This document shows, one piece after another, positions 9,076 through 18,475 of a DNA stretch of 64,000 nucleotides; the stretch's first letter is position 1, and each line of letters begins with the position of its first letter. The notes beneath the pieces are model-generated. The model saw nothing but the letters and a program-made list of their open reading frames with translations. It was not told the DNA's origin and did not search any database. The translations under genes and the position numbers were made by a program. Source of the stretch: a candidate division FCPU426 bacterium (GTDB lineage: Bacteria; Oederibacteriota; Muellerivitia; Muellerivitales; Muellerivitaceae); NCBI GenBank assembly GCA_963847625.1, contig CAWKAR010000027.1, positions 32,001 to 96,000 on the forward strand. The letters run 5' to 3'.

Positions 9076-9945
9076 ATGAAAAATAAATGGGTATTAATTA
9101 TTGTTGGATATTTTTTAATGAACATTGTGTCAGTAGTCCAAGGAGAAATACCGCAAGGTTATAAAGTGAAAAAAGATTTTTTCACAATATCTACGAATAC
9201 ACCTCCCGCATTATTGTATGTTGTTGATTCCCAAGGCCGCAGAACGGGCATCAATCCTTCTTATTTATCTAAGATCGATCAATATGGGATTTTAGAGGAC
9301 TTACATGGTTTGCTGAGTGAAATTCCTCTTTCAAATTCAGAGCAACAAAATAATGGTGATCCCAATAATAATTTTGCACCTAGTCCGACTACTCCTTGTC
9401 TGATTACGATTCTAGATGGTGGCAATCAAACATATACGATTAACTTGATTGGTATTACTCAAGGTGTTCAAGATATTGTTGTTCAGGATGCTCCCCTTAC
9501 CCCTTTGCCCAAAGCACCACAGAATGAATTTTTCGTATTAATTCAACCCAATGGTGTGAAACAAATAAACGTTGCTGTTAATACTGATGCCCATACAACG
9601 GCTATTACTAGGGTTGTTGGAAATAGCGATCTTTTAAGTGATGTGATGATTGCTTGCCAACAAAACCTGATCACTTCCAAACATGTTTGCAAATATTTAG
9701 AGAAAAAAGCTGAAGCCATCCAGGGCGCCTTGGAGGATAAAAATTACAAAAGAGCAGAGGAATTAATTTGGGATTTTCTCCATTTGCTGGGCGATTCCAG
9801 GCCTGCGGGATGCCATGATGACGACTATCACAATGTCATTGAAGAACCGGCTTTGACTATTCTCAAGGAAGACGCTAAGGCCCTCTCGGCGCAGTTAGAG
9901 GAAAATCAAAAGCATCCCCATCATAATCATGATGATGGGAGGTAA
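9076..9945 (+). CDS. Hypothetical secreted protein with C-terminal helical (FIMAH-like) domain
   Basis: SD AAGGAG followed by ATG; signal peptide; LYVVDSQGRRTG...EIP motif; helical C-terminus (domain name is inference). Confidence 0.65.
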   Translation: MKNKWVLIIVGYFLMNIVSVVQGEIPQGYKVKKDFFTISTNTPPALLYVVDSQGRRTGINPSYLSKIDQYGILEDLHGLLSEIPLSNSEQQNNGDPNNNFAPSPTTPCLITILDGGNQTYTINLIGITQGVQDIVVQDAPLTPLPKAPQNEFFVLIQPNGVKQINVAVNTDAHTTAITRVVGNSDLLSDVMIACQQNLITSKHVCKYLEKKAEAIQGALEDKNYKRAEELIWDFLHLLGDSRPAGCHDDDYHNVIEEPALTILKEDAKALSAQLEENQKHPHHNHDDGR

Positions 9946-10003
9946 GGCCTGAAACTTCTCCAACACCCGATTCTGATTTACTTCTATCTATCTGAAATTT
10001 GTC

Positions 10004-10432
10004 CTACTCCCCGAGAAATTGAAGGATGACCTGGCGCTTGCGGGAACGGTTGTCGAAATCGATGAGCACGATTTGCTGCCAGGTCCCCAGCGCGGCCTGG
10101 CCCTCCAAGACGGGAAAGGTTTGGCTGGTGCCGATCAAGGAAGACCGCAGGTGGGAATGGCCGTTCCCGTCCTGCCAGGTGTCATCGTGGTGGTACCGCC
10201 CCGGGGGCGCCAGCTTGTCCAGCATTTCGGGAATGTCCTGCACCAAGCCGGGTTCGAATTCCATGGTGGTAATGCCGGCGGTGGAACCCACCACCGAGAT
10301 CGTGACGATGCCCTGGCGGCATTTCAGGGACGATAGGAAATCCTGGACTTCCCCGGTCAGGTCCTGGATATGGCTGTTGCCCCGGCTGGAGACATGGATG
10401 GTCTTCGACTCGTTTTTCATGGATGTTGCCAT
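10004..10432 (-). CDS. yjbQ: YjbQ/UPF0047 family protein (secondary thiamine-phosphate synthase enzyme)
   Basis: GSTAGITTMEFEPGL, YHHD, DGNGHSHLRS and LGTWQQI motifs; ATG at 10432 behind GAGAGGAG. Confidence 0.9.
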   Translation of the reverse strand: MATSMKNESKTIHVSSRGNSHIQDLTGEVQDFLSSLKCRQGIVTISVVGSTAGITTMEFEPGLVQDIPEMLDKLAPPGRYHHDDTWQDGNGHSHLRSSLIGTSQTFPVLEGQAALGTWQQIVLIDFDNRSRKRQVILQFLGE

Positions 10433-10510
10433 AGCTGCTCCTCTCATTGATTCAAATTATTACTCGACTCGACTTCGGCAAATTTCGAAAAGTATATCCC
10501 TAGTGATGAT

Positions 10511-10660
10511 TCCCCCCTTTGAAAAAGGGGCATTTCGGTTTGTGGGTACCATAGGGGGTTTTCCCTATGAGCGCTGTTAGGGAGGGGGGTATTAGTTGTT
10601 TTCAGAACGGTACGGAAAGACTAACTCCCCCTTTATCCCCCTCTTTCAGAGGGGGATAAA
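10511..10660. repeat. REP/REPIN-like palindromic element with nested hairpins
   Basis: Hairpins CCCCTTT-GAA-AAAGGGG (10514-10530), CATAGGG..CCCTATG (10550-10569) and a perfect 13-bp stem TTTATCCCCCTCT-TTC-AGAGGGGGATAAA (10632-10660). Confidence 0.55.
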
Positions 10661-10729
10661 TCCAACGATTTCCGCCTTTTCAACAATTAATCTACCGACC
10701 CATCAAAATAGCAAAAACCATAAGCATCA

Positions 10730-11605
10730 TCATCCCGGGTGGGTTTGCATGATTACCTTCTTAAGAGCCTCGGCGGCGGGGGAAAGCTTTCCCTTTTTTC
10801 TCCAGGCCAGCGAAAGGGTGCGGATGGCCTTGGGTTGGGAAATGACCGGATAGGCCACGCCGGGAAAAGTCGCCACCATCCGGGGAACCAGGCTGATGCC
10901 CAGCCCCGCCGCCACCAGCGCCTGCACGGTCTCGATACCGCCGCTCTCAAAAACCACCTTCGGTTCCAGCCCCGCCTGGCGGAAAAGGTCCAGGGTGATC
11001 TGCCGGAAACCGTGGCCCGCCTTCATCAGGATGAAAGGTTCGTTGGAAACTTGCTTGAGGGCCAGGGATTTTTTCCCCGCCAGGGGATGCTTGGCGTGAA
11101 GGGCTAATAGCAACTCCTCGGCCAGGATGGTTTGCTGGTCTAAGCCGGGCCTTAAACCCGCCTCGTCCATGACCGCCAGTTCCACCTCCCCCTGTTCCAG
11201 GGCCAGGGCCAGGTTGGGCGAGGATTCCTCCCTCAACTGGACCTGGATCTTCGGGTGAGCCTTCCGGAACGCCGTGAGAATAGGAGGCAGGAGATGGGCG
11301 CCAGTCGTGGGCATACAGCCCAGACTGACCTTGCCCAGGGTGAGTCCCGACAGGGCTTTGGCGTCCTCGCGGGCGGATTCCATTTCCTGCAAGATAGCCT
11401 TGGCCCGTGGGAGGAAGGTTTCCCCCCTGGCCGTGAGGTTGCCGCCTTTGCGCGTCCGCTCGAAAAGGGGGCCGCCCAACTCCTCCTCGAGCTTGGCGAT
11501 CTGGATGCTCAAGGAAGGTTGGGAAACGTTGCAGGTCCTGGCCGCGCTCGTGAAGCGTCCCGTCTGGGCCACGGCCAGGAAGTAACGAAGTTGGTGGGTT
11601 TCCAT
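10730..11605 (-). CDS. LysR-family transcriptional regulator (OxyR/GltC-like, lacking redox cysteines)
   Basis: HTH QLRYFLAVA...FTSAA..CNVSQPSLSIQIAKLEEELG..LFER; LysR substrate-binding domain; divergent from leuCD. Confidence 0.92.
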   Translation of the reverse strand: METHQLRYFLAVAQTGRFTSAARTCNVSQPSLSIQIAKLEEELGGPLFERTRKGGNLTARGETFLPRAKAILQEMESAREDAKALSGLTLGKVSLGCMPTTGAHLLPPILTAFRKAHPKIQVQLREESSPNLALALEQGEVELAVMDEAGLRPGLDQQTILAEELLLALHAKHPLAGKKSLALKQVSNEPFILMKAGHGFRQITLDLFRQAGLEPKVVFESGGIETVQALVAAGLGISLVPRMVATFPGVAYPVISQPKAIRTLSLAWRKKGKLSPAAEALKKVIMQTHPG

Positions 11606-11726
11606 AAAACCTCAAGTCTTTCACCACAGCGGCGCTTCGCGCCACACAGAACTCTTCGCACCGCAGCGAAGAGTCGTTGACAGTTAAAGATTTTATTTTC
11701 TTATGCCATAATGGATATAAACAATT

Positions 11727-11752
11727 ATAGCTTAAAACTATTATTAATATAG
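11727..11752. promoter_or_regulatory. Putative LysR binding site
   Basis: ATAG-N7-CTAT-N7-ATAG (T-N11-A dyad) in the AT-rich lysR/leuC intergenic region. Confidence 0.6.
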
Positions 11753-11821
11753 AATCTATATCTTTTACAAATGACTCCATTTAGAGATATATTTCTGTCA
11801 TTCCAATCAAGAGGTTTTCAC

Positions 11822-13229
11822 ATGAGTAAAGGCACTCTCTACAACAAAGTCTGGGATTCGCACATCGTGGACAAACTCCCCACGGGACAGTACCAGCTTT
11901 TCATCGGATTGCACCTGATCCACGAGGTGACCAGCCCCCAAGCCTTCGACATGGTCGGGGAAAAGGGAGTGAAGGTGGCCTATCCCCAACGGACCTTCGC
12001 CACCGTGGACCACATCGTTCCCACCCAAAGCCAGGCTCGGCCCTTTTCAGACCCCGAGGCCGAGCAGATGATGGGGGCTATCGAGAAGAACGTGAGGAAG
12101 TATGGGATCCAGTTCTTCGGGTTCGACTCGGGCCGCCAGGGAATCGTGCATATCGTGGGCCCCGAGCTGGGGTTGACCCAGCCCGGTATGACTATCGCCT
12201 GCGGGGACTCGCACACCTCTACTCATGGGGCTTTCGGGACACTCGCTTTTGGCATCGGCACTTCCCAGGTGCGCGACGTCCTGGCCACCCAGTGCCTGGC
12301 CATGGACCCCTTGAAGGTCCGCCGGGTCAACGTGAACGGCAAATGGAGGCCGGGCGTCACCGCCAAGGACGTCACCCTTTATATCATCCAGAAGCTGGGG
12401 GTGAAGGGCGGCATCGGCTACGCCTACGAGTACGGCGGAAGCGTGTTCGACTCCATGACCATGGAAGAGCGCATGACGGTTTGCAACATGGCCATCGAGG
12501 GAGGGGCCCGGGTGGGCTACGTGAACCCGGACCCAGACCACCTTCGATTACCTGAAAGGACGGCCCTACGCCCCCGCCGGGGACAAGTGGGACAAGGCCG
12601 TGGCCTACTGGAAATCCGTGGCCTCGGACAAGGACGCCCAGTACGACGACGTGGTGAATTTCGACGCCTCGGATATCGAGCCCATCGTGACCTGGGGCAT
12701 CACGCCCGACCAGTCCGTGGGCGTGAACGGCAGGCTTCCCGAAGTCAGCCGATTCTCCGCCGATGAGGCCAAGACGGTGGAATTGGTCTACAAGCACATG
12801 GATTTTAAACCGGGGGCGCCGATCAAGGGTACGCCCATCGACGTGGCTTTTATCGGCTCCTGCACCAACGGCCGCATCAGCGACCTGCGGGAAGCGGCCA
12901 AGGTGGCCAAAGGCCGCAAGGTTTCCAAGACCGTACGGGCCTTCGTGGTGCCAGGTTCCCAGCAGGTGAAGGCCCAGGCGGAAAAGGAAGGCCTGGACCA
13001 GATCTTTACCGAGGCTGGTTTCGAGTGGCGCGAGGCGGGCTGTTCCATGTGCCTGGCCATGAACCCCGATAAGCTCAAGGGCCGGGAAATTTCCGCCTCC
13101 TCGTCCAACCGCAATTTCATCGGGCGCCAAGGGAGCAAGGACGGCCGGACCATGCTGATGAGCCCCGCCATGGTGGCGGCGGCCGCTATTAAAGGGAAAA
13201 TCGCGGATGTCCGGGAGGTGTTGAAATGA
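11822..13229 (+). pseudogene. leuC: 3-isopropylmalate dehydratase large subunit with a +1 frameshift near 12532-12534 (pseudogene or sequencing error)
   Basis: N-terminal half has HEVTSPQAF and [12 protein letters not shown]-terminal half ([25 protein letters not shown]) is in another frame. Removing one C from GAC-C-CAG restores [14 protein letters not shown]. Confidence 0.9.
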
Positions 13230-13828
13230 GCAAAATCACCAAAATCGAGGGAAGGGCCTTGCCGGTGGAAGGGAACGACATCGATACCGACCGCATCATT
13301 CCTGCCAGGTACCTGAAAGAAATTACCTTTACTAACATGGGAAAGTACCCCTTCTATGACGAACGTTTCGACTCCCAGGGGAAATCAAAGGGCCATCCCT
13401 TTGATATGCCCCCATACCAGGGAGCTTCCCTCCTATTGGTGAACCAGAACTTCGGCTGTGGTTCCTCGCGCGAGCATGCGCCCCAGGCGCTCATGCGCTG
13501 GGGAATCAAGGCCATTCTGGGGGAATCCTTCGCGGAGATATTCGCGGGCAACTGCACCATGCTGGGGATTCCCACCATGACGGCGCCCCAGGTGGAAATC
13601 CAACGGTTACAAAAGATGGTCAGGGAGAATCCGAAATCTTCCTATGCCGTTGATTTGGAGAAGAAGACCTTGTTTTGCGATGGGAAAGAGGCTTTGAAAT
13701 TCGAAATCCACGAGTCCAAGCGAAACGCTCTTATCAACGGGACTTGGGATTCAACAGGATTGCTCTTGGCCAACGCTGGCAAAACCGCCGAGGTGGCCAA
13801 GCGGCTTCCATACGTCAGCGGCTTTTAA
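13226..13828 (+). CDS. leuD: 3-isopropylmalate dehydratase small subunit
   Basis: [26 protein letters not shown] and SFAEIFAGN motifs; ATGA overlap with leuC. Confidence 0.95.
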   Translation: MSKITKIEGRALPVEGNDIDTDRIIPARYLKEITFTNMGKYPFYDERFDSQGKSKGHPFDMPPYQGASLLLVNQNFGCGSSREHAPQALMRWGIKAILGESFAEIFAGNCTMLGIPTMTAPQVEIQRLQKMVRENPKSSYAVDLEKKTLFCDGKEALKFEIHESKRNALINGTWDSTGLLLANAGKTAEVAKRLPYVSGF

Positions 13829-13869
13829 ACCCGGCTGGGTTTTCGAACCACCTTTTTATTTGCATGGAT

Positions 13870-13898
13870 TTGACTTCACCCTCCCGCTTTGTTACCAT
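13870..13898 (+). promoter_or_regulatory. sigma70 promoter of the toxin-antitoxin operon
   Basis: TTGACT-N17-TACCAT with an extended -10 TG. Confidence 0.65.
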
Positions 13899-13941
13899 AG
13901 TGGCATCAATATGGATACAAAACGGCTACAAGGGGTAGAAT

Positions 13942-14274
13942 ATGAAATTTCGCCAGGTTCGTGAAATAAGAACCCATTACGGCAAGGTGCTGGAGGACCT
14001 CCGAAAGGAGAAGAAAATCGTCCTTATGAGTAAGGGAAAACCGGTAGCGTTGCTGACTGAATTGACCGAGGATAGTTTTGAGGAGCGGATCACCGAAACC
14101 AAAAACACGCGTTTCGCCGCGGAACCCTCCGGGTTATACACGGCCGAAGATCCGGAAATACTTAAGGCTTGGATCGGGGAAGCGGAAGGCCGTCGCCGCG
14201 ACTACCTGGAAGGCAAAGCAAAACTCATTCCCGCCAAAAAAGTATTCGCCGGTCTCCGCCAAAAAAACAAATGA
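13942..14274 (+). CDS. Antitoxin: Phd/YefM-like N-terminus plus addiction-module-type C-terminus
   Basis: MKFRQVREIR...KIVLMSKGKPVALL (Phd/YefM pattern) and AWIGEAEGRRRDYLEGKAKLIP (addiction module pattern); lies upstream of the toxin. Confidence 0.75.
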   Translation: MKFRQVREIRTHYGKVLEDLRKEKKIVLMSKGKPVALLTELTEDSFEERITETKNTRFAAEPSGLYTAEDPEILKAWIGEAEGRRRDYLEGKAKLIPAKKVFAGLRQKNK

Positions 14275-14573
14275 TCCGTTTCCACCAGGAAGCCGCCGCG
14301 GAATTGGAGGCTTCTTTCGATTATTACGAGACCCAACGGCCCGGCTTGGGACTGCGTTTTCTCGAGGGCGTGGAAAAAGCACTGGAAAAAATCCAGTCCC
14401 ATCCCAACGCCTGGCCTTCCTTGACGCCGGGAAGAGGACCCTTGCGCCGCCACCTGTTGAGGTTGTTTCCCTACGGCTTGATCTACGAGAGGGAAAAACA
14501 GGACATCCTTGTTTGGGCTGTCATGCATTTGGCCCGTAAACCCGGATATTGGAAGAAAAGGAACCGGGGTTAA
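14271..14573 (+). CDS. RelE/ParE family type II toxin
   Basis: MIRFHQEAAAELEASFDYYE..RPGLG..F, FPYGLIY and AVMHLARKPGYW patterns; ATGA overlap with the antitoxin. Confidence 0.85.
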   Translation: MIRFHQEAAAELEASFDYYETQRPGLGLRFLEGVEKALEKIQSHPNAWPSLTPGRGPLRRHLLRLFPYGLIYEREKQDILVWAVMHLARKPGYWKKRNRG

Positions 14574-14624
14574 AGGAATTGGCGTTTAACTATAATGGCC
14601 GTAGGCATTCACAAAAGAATTAAC

Positions 14625-15500
14625 TCACCTGAATTCCACGCACCTCATGGACAGCATGCCGTAATCAAATCCCTCGAATGGAAAACGCACCTTGGGTTTG
14701 CCGTGCGTGCCGGCCGCGGCCGCGGCAACCAGAAGTGGCGTGAAATGCTCGTCGGTGGGATGGGATTGGGCTCCGCCGGGGGCTTCCCTATAATTGGACA
14801 GGGCCCCCAGGTCGAACCGGCCGAGGGTATTCTTCACCCACGCGTCAAACTCCACCACCCAGGCCGGGGGAGCGGCCGACCGATCGGAAAAATCCACCAG
14901 GCCCAGGTTATGGGTGATATTGCCGCTTCCCAGGATGAAGACTCCCTTGGACCGCTGGGAAGCCAGGGCCTTGCCCATCGCCAAGTACTCGGAAAAAGAG
15001 ACTCCGGTGGGGATGGAAACCTGGAGAACCGGAATATTGGCGCGGGGGAACAGGTGTAACAAGGGAACCCAGGCGCCGTGGTCCAAGCCCCGGTCCGAAT
15101 GGGTGGCGGGTTTCAGGCCGATATTGTCCAACAAGCCCAGGACCAGCTTGGCCAGTACAGGCGCTGTGGGGGCGTTGTATTCAAGGCCGTAAAGCTCCCC
15201 GGGGAACCCGAAAAAGTCGTAGTTTAAGGGGACTTCGTTCAGGGGGCCCAGGTGGGGGGGCCATTGCAGCCAATGGGCCGAAACCACCAGGATGGCCTTG
15301 GGCCGGGCTTCCCGGCCTTCCTCGGGGTTCAGGAGGGACTCCCCCCAGGCCTTCCAGGCCCGGGTGATCTCGTTATCCTCCGCAGCCAGGGTGGGCGCGC
15401 CATGGCCCACGAATCCCACCGGCATCAGGATTTTCGATTCCAGGTATTCCTTCGGTTCGCCCGATTTCCCGTCTTTCTTTTTGTTTTTATGGGACGACAT
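14625..15500 (-). CDS. DODA-type class III extradiol ring-cleavage dioxygenase (YgiD/LigB-like)
   Basis: GHGAP, SAHW, YDFFGFP, RGLDHGAWVPL, GSGNITHNL and HPTDEHF motifs; ATG at 15500 behind GAAAGGA. Confidence 0.88.
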   Translation of the reverse strand: MSSHKNKKKDGKSGEPKEYLESKILMPVGFVGHGAPTLAAEDNEITRAWKAWGESLLNPEEGREARPKAILVVSAHWLQWPPHLGPLNEVPLNYDFFGFPGELYGLEYNAPTAPVLAKLVLGLLDNIGLKPATHSDRGLDHGAWVPLLHLFPRANIPVLQVSIPTGVSFSEYLAMGKALASQRSKGVFILGSGNITHNLGLVDFSDRSAAPPAWVVEFDAWVKNTLGRFDLGALSNYREAPGGAQSHPTDEHFTPLLVAAAAAGTHGKPKVRFPFEGFDYGMLSMRCVEFR

Positions 15501-15639
15501 GGCCGATAATCCTTTCATGTCTTCCGCCCGGAACCGGCGTGAAACAAGGCCAAACCGGGGGGACAAGACCTAATAGGATAGAGATTTTTTTGAAAAAACC
15601 AAGGAAGGAAATAAGCGGTATAAATAATAGGAAACAAAT

Positions 15640-15843
15640 TTAGTTATTGGAGATTTTTCCCACCTTCCAAAAGAGGTTTTGGGTCAAACCCCTTGGAATT
15701 TGCCGCGCGGGGCCCTTGGGTTCCAGGGAAGCGGAAGGTTTTTTTCGCTTTTTACAACAGGAAGAAGGGGCACCGTAAAGAGGCCAAACGAGGAATAGAG
15801 GTTTCTTGAAATCCCGGGAATATTTGGTGCTTCGGAAACGCAT
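15640..15843 (-). CDS. Possible small basic ORF (67 aa)
   Basis: AAGGAG SD 5 nt before the ATG at 15843 in an otherwise empty ~500-bp gap; no recognisable domain. Confidence 0.25.
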   Translation of the reverse strand: MRFRSTKYSRDFKKPLFLVWPLYGAPSSCCKKRKKPSASLEPKGPARQIPRGLTQNLFWKVGKISNN

Positions 15844-16001
15844 GAAGGCTCCTTGGCTTTTTGAGTTGTAATAAAAAAAGGATATCCAAGTCGGGGCGGG
15901 TCCTCTATGCGTTAAATCATCCTGGATGGAAAAATATTTTGAAGGGAGGTGTTGCTTTTTCAACGCCGCTTTATTCTGGATGCGGGAAGAAATCCAATCA
16001 C

Positions 16002-16030
16002 TTGACCCTTGAACCGGTCGGACCTACCAT
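16002..16030 (+). promoter_or_regulatory. sigma70 promoter
   Basis: TTGACC-N17-TACCAT upstream of 16085. Confidence 0.6.
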
Positions 16031-16084
16031 GGGCATGTACAATAATTCAAACACTTTTTTTGATCGATATTCCGGGGGAAACTC

Positions 16085-16561
16085 TTGAAAAAATTTTTCT
16101 GGGTGGCGGGTTTATTCCTGCTTTCGAACATGGTCCTGGCACAGGATGGACTGACTCCGGTCATTCAAGGTAATGGCGCCCGATTATCCCGAAAGATCCC
16201 CTTCAAACAAAACAGGCATGCCGGCCCTAATAACGGTTCCACGAGGCGGGTGATTCCTGGGTTAAAAGCAAACGCCCCGGCCAACGGCTATTACCCCTTG
16301 GCTCAAAAAACACAGGTGCCGGGGAAGGGACCTTTGGCGAAAACGGCGGCTGGGAAAGGCCGAGGGAAACGAAATTCCGTCATAGGAAATCCCAAGTCGA
16401 ACCCCCAGACTTTTCTAAAAAAACTGCCTACCCCCGGCAAGGGGTTCTCGGCCTATATGAAGAACATGAAGACTTTTCCCGGTTATAAAAATCCTCCGGG
16501 CGCGGTACCCACCACGGGGCCCGCCTCCCTGAAATATCCGACCCTTTACCAATCCAAGTAA
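16085..16561 (+). CDS. Hypothetical secreted, very basic, low-complexity protein
   Basis: TTG start after GGGGGAA; signal peptide MKKFFWVAGLFLLSNMVLA|Q; K/P/G/N-rich mature part. Confidence 0.6.
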   Translation: MKKFFWVAGLFLLSNMVLAQDGLTPVIQGNGARLSRKIPFKQNRHAGPNNGSTRRVIPGLKANAPANGYYPLAQKTQVPGKGPLAKTAAGKGRGKRNSVIGNPKSNPQTFLKKLPTPGKGFSAYMKNMKTFPGYKNPPGAVPTTGPASLKYPTLYQSK

Positions 16562-16608
16562 TTTCAAACATTTCAACTGGCTATTTCCCGAGTCTTGCCG
16601 AGAAGGGT

Positions 16609-17574
16609 TCAGCCGGCGGTGGGACGTTTTCTAAGGATTTCCCAAAGTTCCTTGCGGCCGAACATGCCCTTGGGCCTCAAGAGCATCATGAGGACCAGCA
16701 GGAGGGAATAAATGACCATGCGAAGGTCGATCCCGGTCAACTGCTGGAGGGGCCGCAGAGCCTCGGGTAGGAAGGTCAGGATGAAAGCTGCGATCAGGGA
16801 GCCTGAGACGGACCCCATGCCCCCCAAAACCACCATGATGACGATTTCCACGGACTTCATGAAGTCAAACGAGCTGGGGTTGATGAAGGAAAGGTAGTGG
16901 GCGAACAGCCCGCCCGCCACGCCCGCTGCTGCGGAGGACACCACGAAGGCTTGCACTTTATAGTGGGTGGTATTGACGCCCATGGCCTCCGCCGCGATCT
17001 CGTTCTCCCGGATGGACAGGAGTGCCCGGCCATGTGTGGACAGGATGAAGCGGTGCGTGGCCAGGACGCAGAGCGCGAGGATGAAGACCACCAGGAAGGC
17101 GGTGGTGGTTCCGGGAATTCCGATGAAGCCCCTCGCCCCGCCCACCGTTTGGATGTTCAGGATTAAAACCCGGATGATCTCGCCGAACCCCAGGGTGGCG
17201 ATGGCCAGGTAATCGCCCCTCAAGCGAAGAGACGGCAGGCCCACGAAGTATCCCGCCAGGGCGCTCAAAAGGGCCGCGGCCAGGAGGGAAATAATGAGCG
17301 CACATTGGTCGCCCGCGAAGCTTCCATGGAGGGGGGAGAGAAGAAACACGTTCACCGAAGCGGCGGTATAGGCACCGACGGCCATGAATCCCGCGTGGCC
17401 GAGGGAAAACTGCCCCGACAGGCCGTTCACCAGGTTCAAGGAAACCGCCAGGATGGCGTTGATGCTGGCCAGGATGAAGAGCTCGCTGAAATAGGGCGGC
17501 ATCACGGCCGTCAACCCTTGGGCCGCGCCCGCGATCGCCAAAAGCAGAAACAACCACTTCAAATTGGAAACCAT
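16609..17574 (-). CDS. livM: Branched-chain amino acid ABC transporter permease LivM
   Basis: GQFSLGHAGFMAVGAY, LRLRGDYLAIATLGFGEI, IRENEIAAEAMGVN and VVLGGMGS motifs. Confidence 0.92.
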   Translation of the reverse strand: MVSNLKWLFLLLAIAGAAQGLTAVMPPYFSELFILASINAILAVSLNLVNGLSGQFSLGHAGFMAVGAYTAASVNVFLLSPLHGSFAGDQCALIISLLAAALLSALAGYFVGLPSLRLRGDYLAIATLGFGEIIRVLILNIQTVGGARGFIGIPGTTTAFLVVFILALCVLATHRFILSTHGRALLSIRENEIAAEAMGVNTTHYKVQAFVVSSAAAGVAGGLFAHYLSFINPSSFDFMKSVEIVIMVVLGGMGSVSGSLIAAFILTFLPEALRPLQQLTGIDLRMVIYSLLLVLMMLLRPKGMFGRKELWEILRKRPTAG

Positions 17575-17593
17575 TAAAGCTCCCTAGCAGGCT

Positions 17594-18433
17594 TTACCAA
17601 CGTTCCGCCGCTTCGACGGTTTGAGCGATGAGCGTCACGATGGTCATGGGGCCGACCCCGCCGGGAACCGGCGTATAGGCGGAGGCTCGGTCCTTCACAC
17701 CTTCCAGGTCAATATCCCCCACTCCGCCTGGATGGAAACCCGCGTCCACCACCACCGCGCCGTCCTTGATCCAGGATGCCTGGATGAATTTGGGTTTTCC
17801 GACCGCCCCCACCACCAGGTCGCCCCGCCGCACCACTTCGGCCAAGTCCTTGGTCTTGGAATGGCAGATGGTGACCGTGGCGTTGGCGTTCATGAGCATC
17901 ATGGCCATGGGTTTTCCCAAGATGGGGCTTCGCCCCACCACGACCGCCTGCAAGCCGGCCAGGGCGATCTGGTAGTGTTTCAACAGGGTCATGATGCCCT
18001 GGGGAGTGGCGCTGCCGTAGGCCCTCTCCCCCATGGCCAGGCGACCGAACCCATGGGTGGTCACGCCGTCCACGTCCTTTTCCAGCTTGATGGAGTCGAA
18101 ACAATGCCTCTCGTCGATTTGCTTGGGAACTGGGTGCTGAAGGAGGATTCCCGCCACGTCCGGGCTTTCATTCAATTCCCTGATTTTTCCCGCCAACTCG
18201 CCGGTGGTGGTGGTCTCGGGCATCTCCACCTTCAGGGACTGAAGGCCCACCCTCTGGCAGGCGTTACCCTTCATTTTCACGTAGGTCACCGAGGCGGGGT
18301 CCATGCCCACCAGGATGGTGGCCAGCATGGGGGTCCGGTTCGGGTGTTTTTCCCTCAGCTTTTTCACCCGCTCGATCAACTGCAGTTCGATTTCCTTCGC
18401 CAGCGTTTTTCCGTCCATGACAATGGGAGCCAC
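17594..18433 (-). CDS. folD: Bifunctional methylenetetrahydrofolate dehydrogenase/cyclohydrolase
   Basis: [26 protein letters not shown] and [11 protein letters not shown] motifs. Confidence 0.96.
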   Translation of the reverse strand: MAPIVMDGKTLAKEIELQLIERVKKLREKHPNRTPMLATILVGMDPASVTYVKMKGNACQRVGLQSLKVEMPETTTTGELAGKIRELNESPDVAGILLQHPVPKQIDERHCFDSIKLEKDVDGVTTHGFGRLAMGERAYGSATPQGIMTLLKHYQIALAGLQAVVVGRSPILGKPMAMMLMNANATVTICHSKTKDLAEVVRRGDLVVGAVGKPKFIQASWIKDGAVVVDAGFHPGGVGDIDLEGVKDRASAYTPVPGGVGPMTIVTLIAQTVEAAERW

Positions 18434-18475
18434 GTTTCACCTCTTTTTAGTTTTAACAGCATTAATAAAGTATTT

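Noticed and set aside
6564..10003. Prophage or IS element
   Set aside because: No integrase, transposase or phage structural gene is recognised.
12525..12600. Programmed ribosomal frameshift in leuC
   Set aside because: No recognisable slippery sequence or stimulatory signal; an indel is the simpler explanation.
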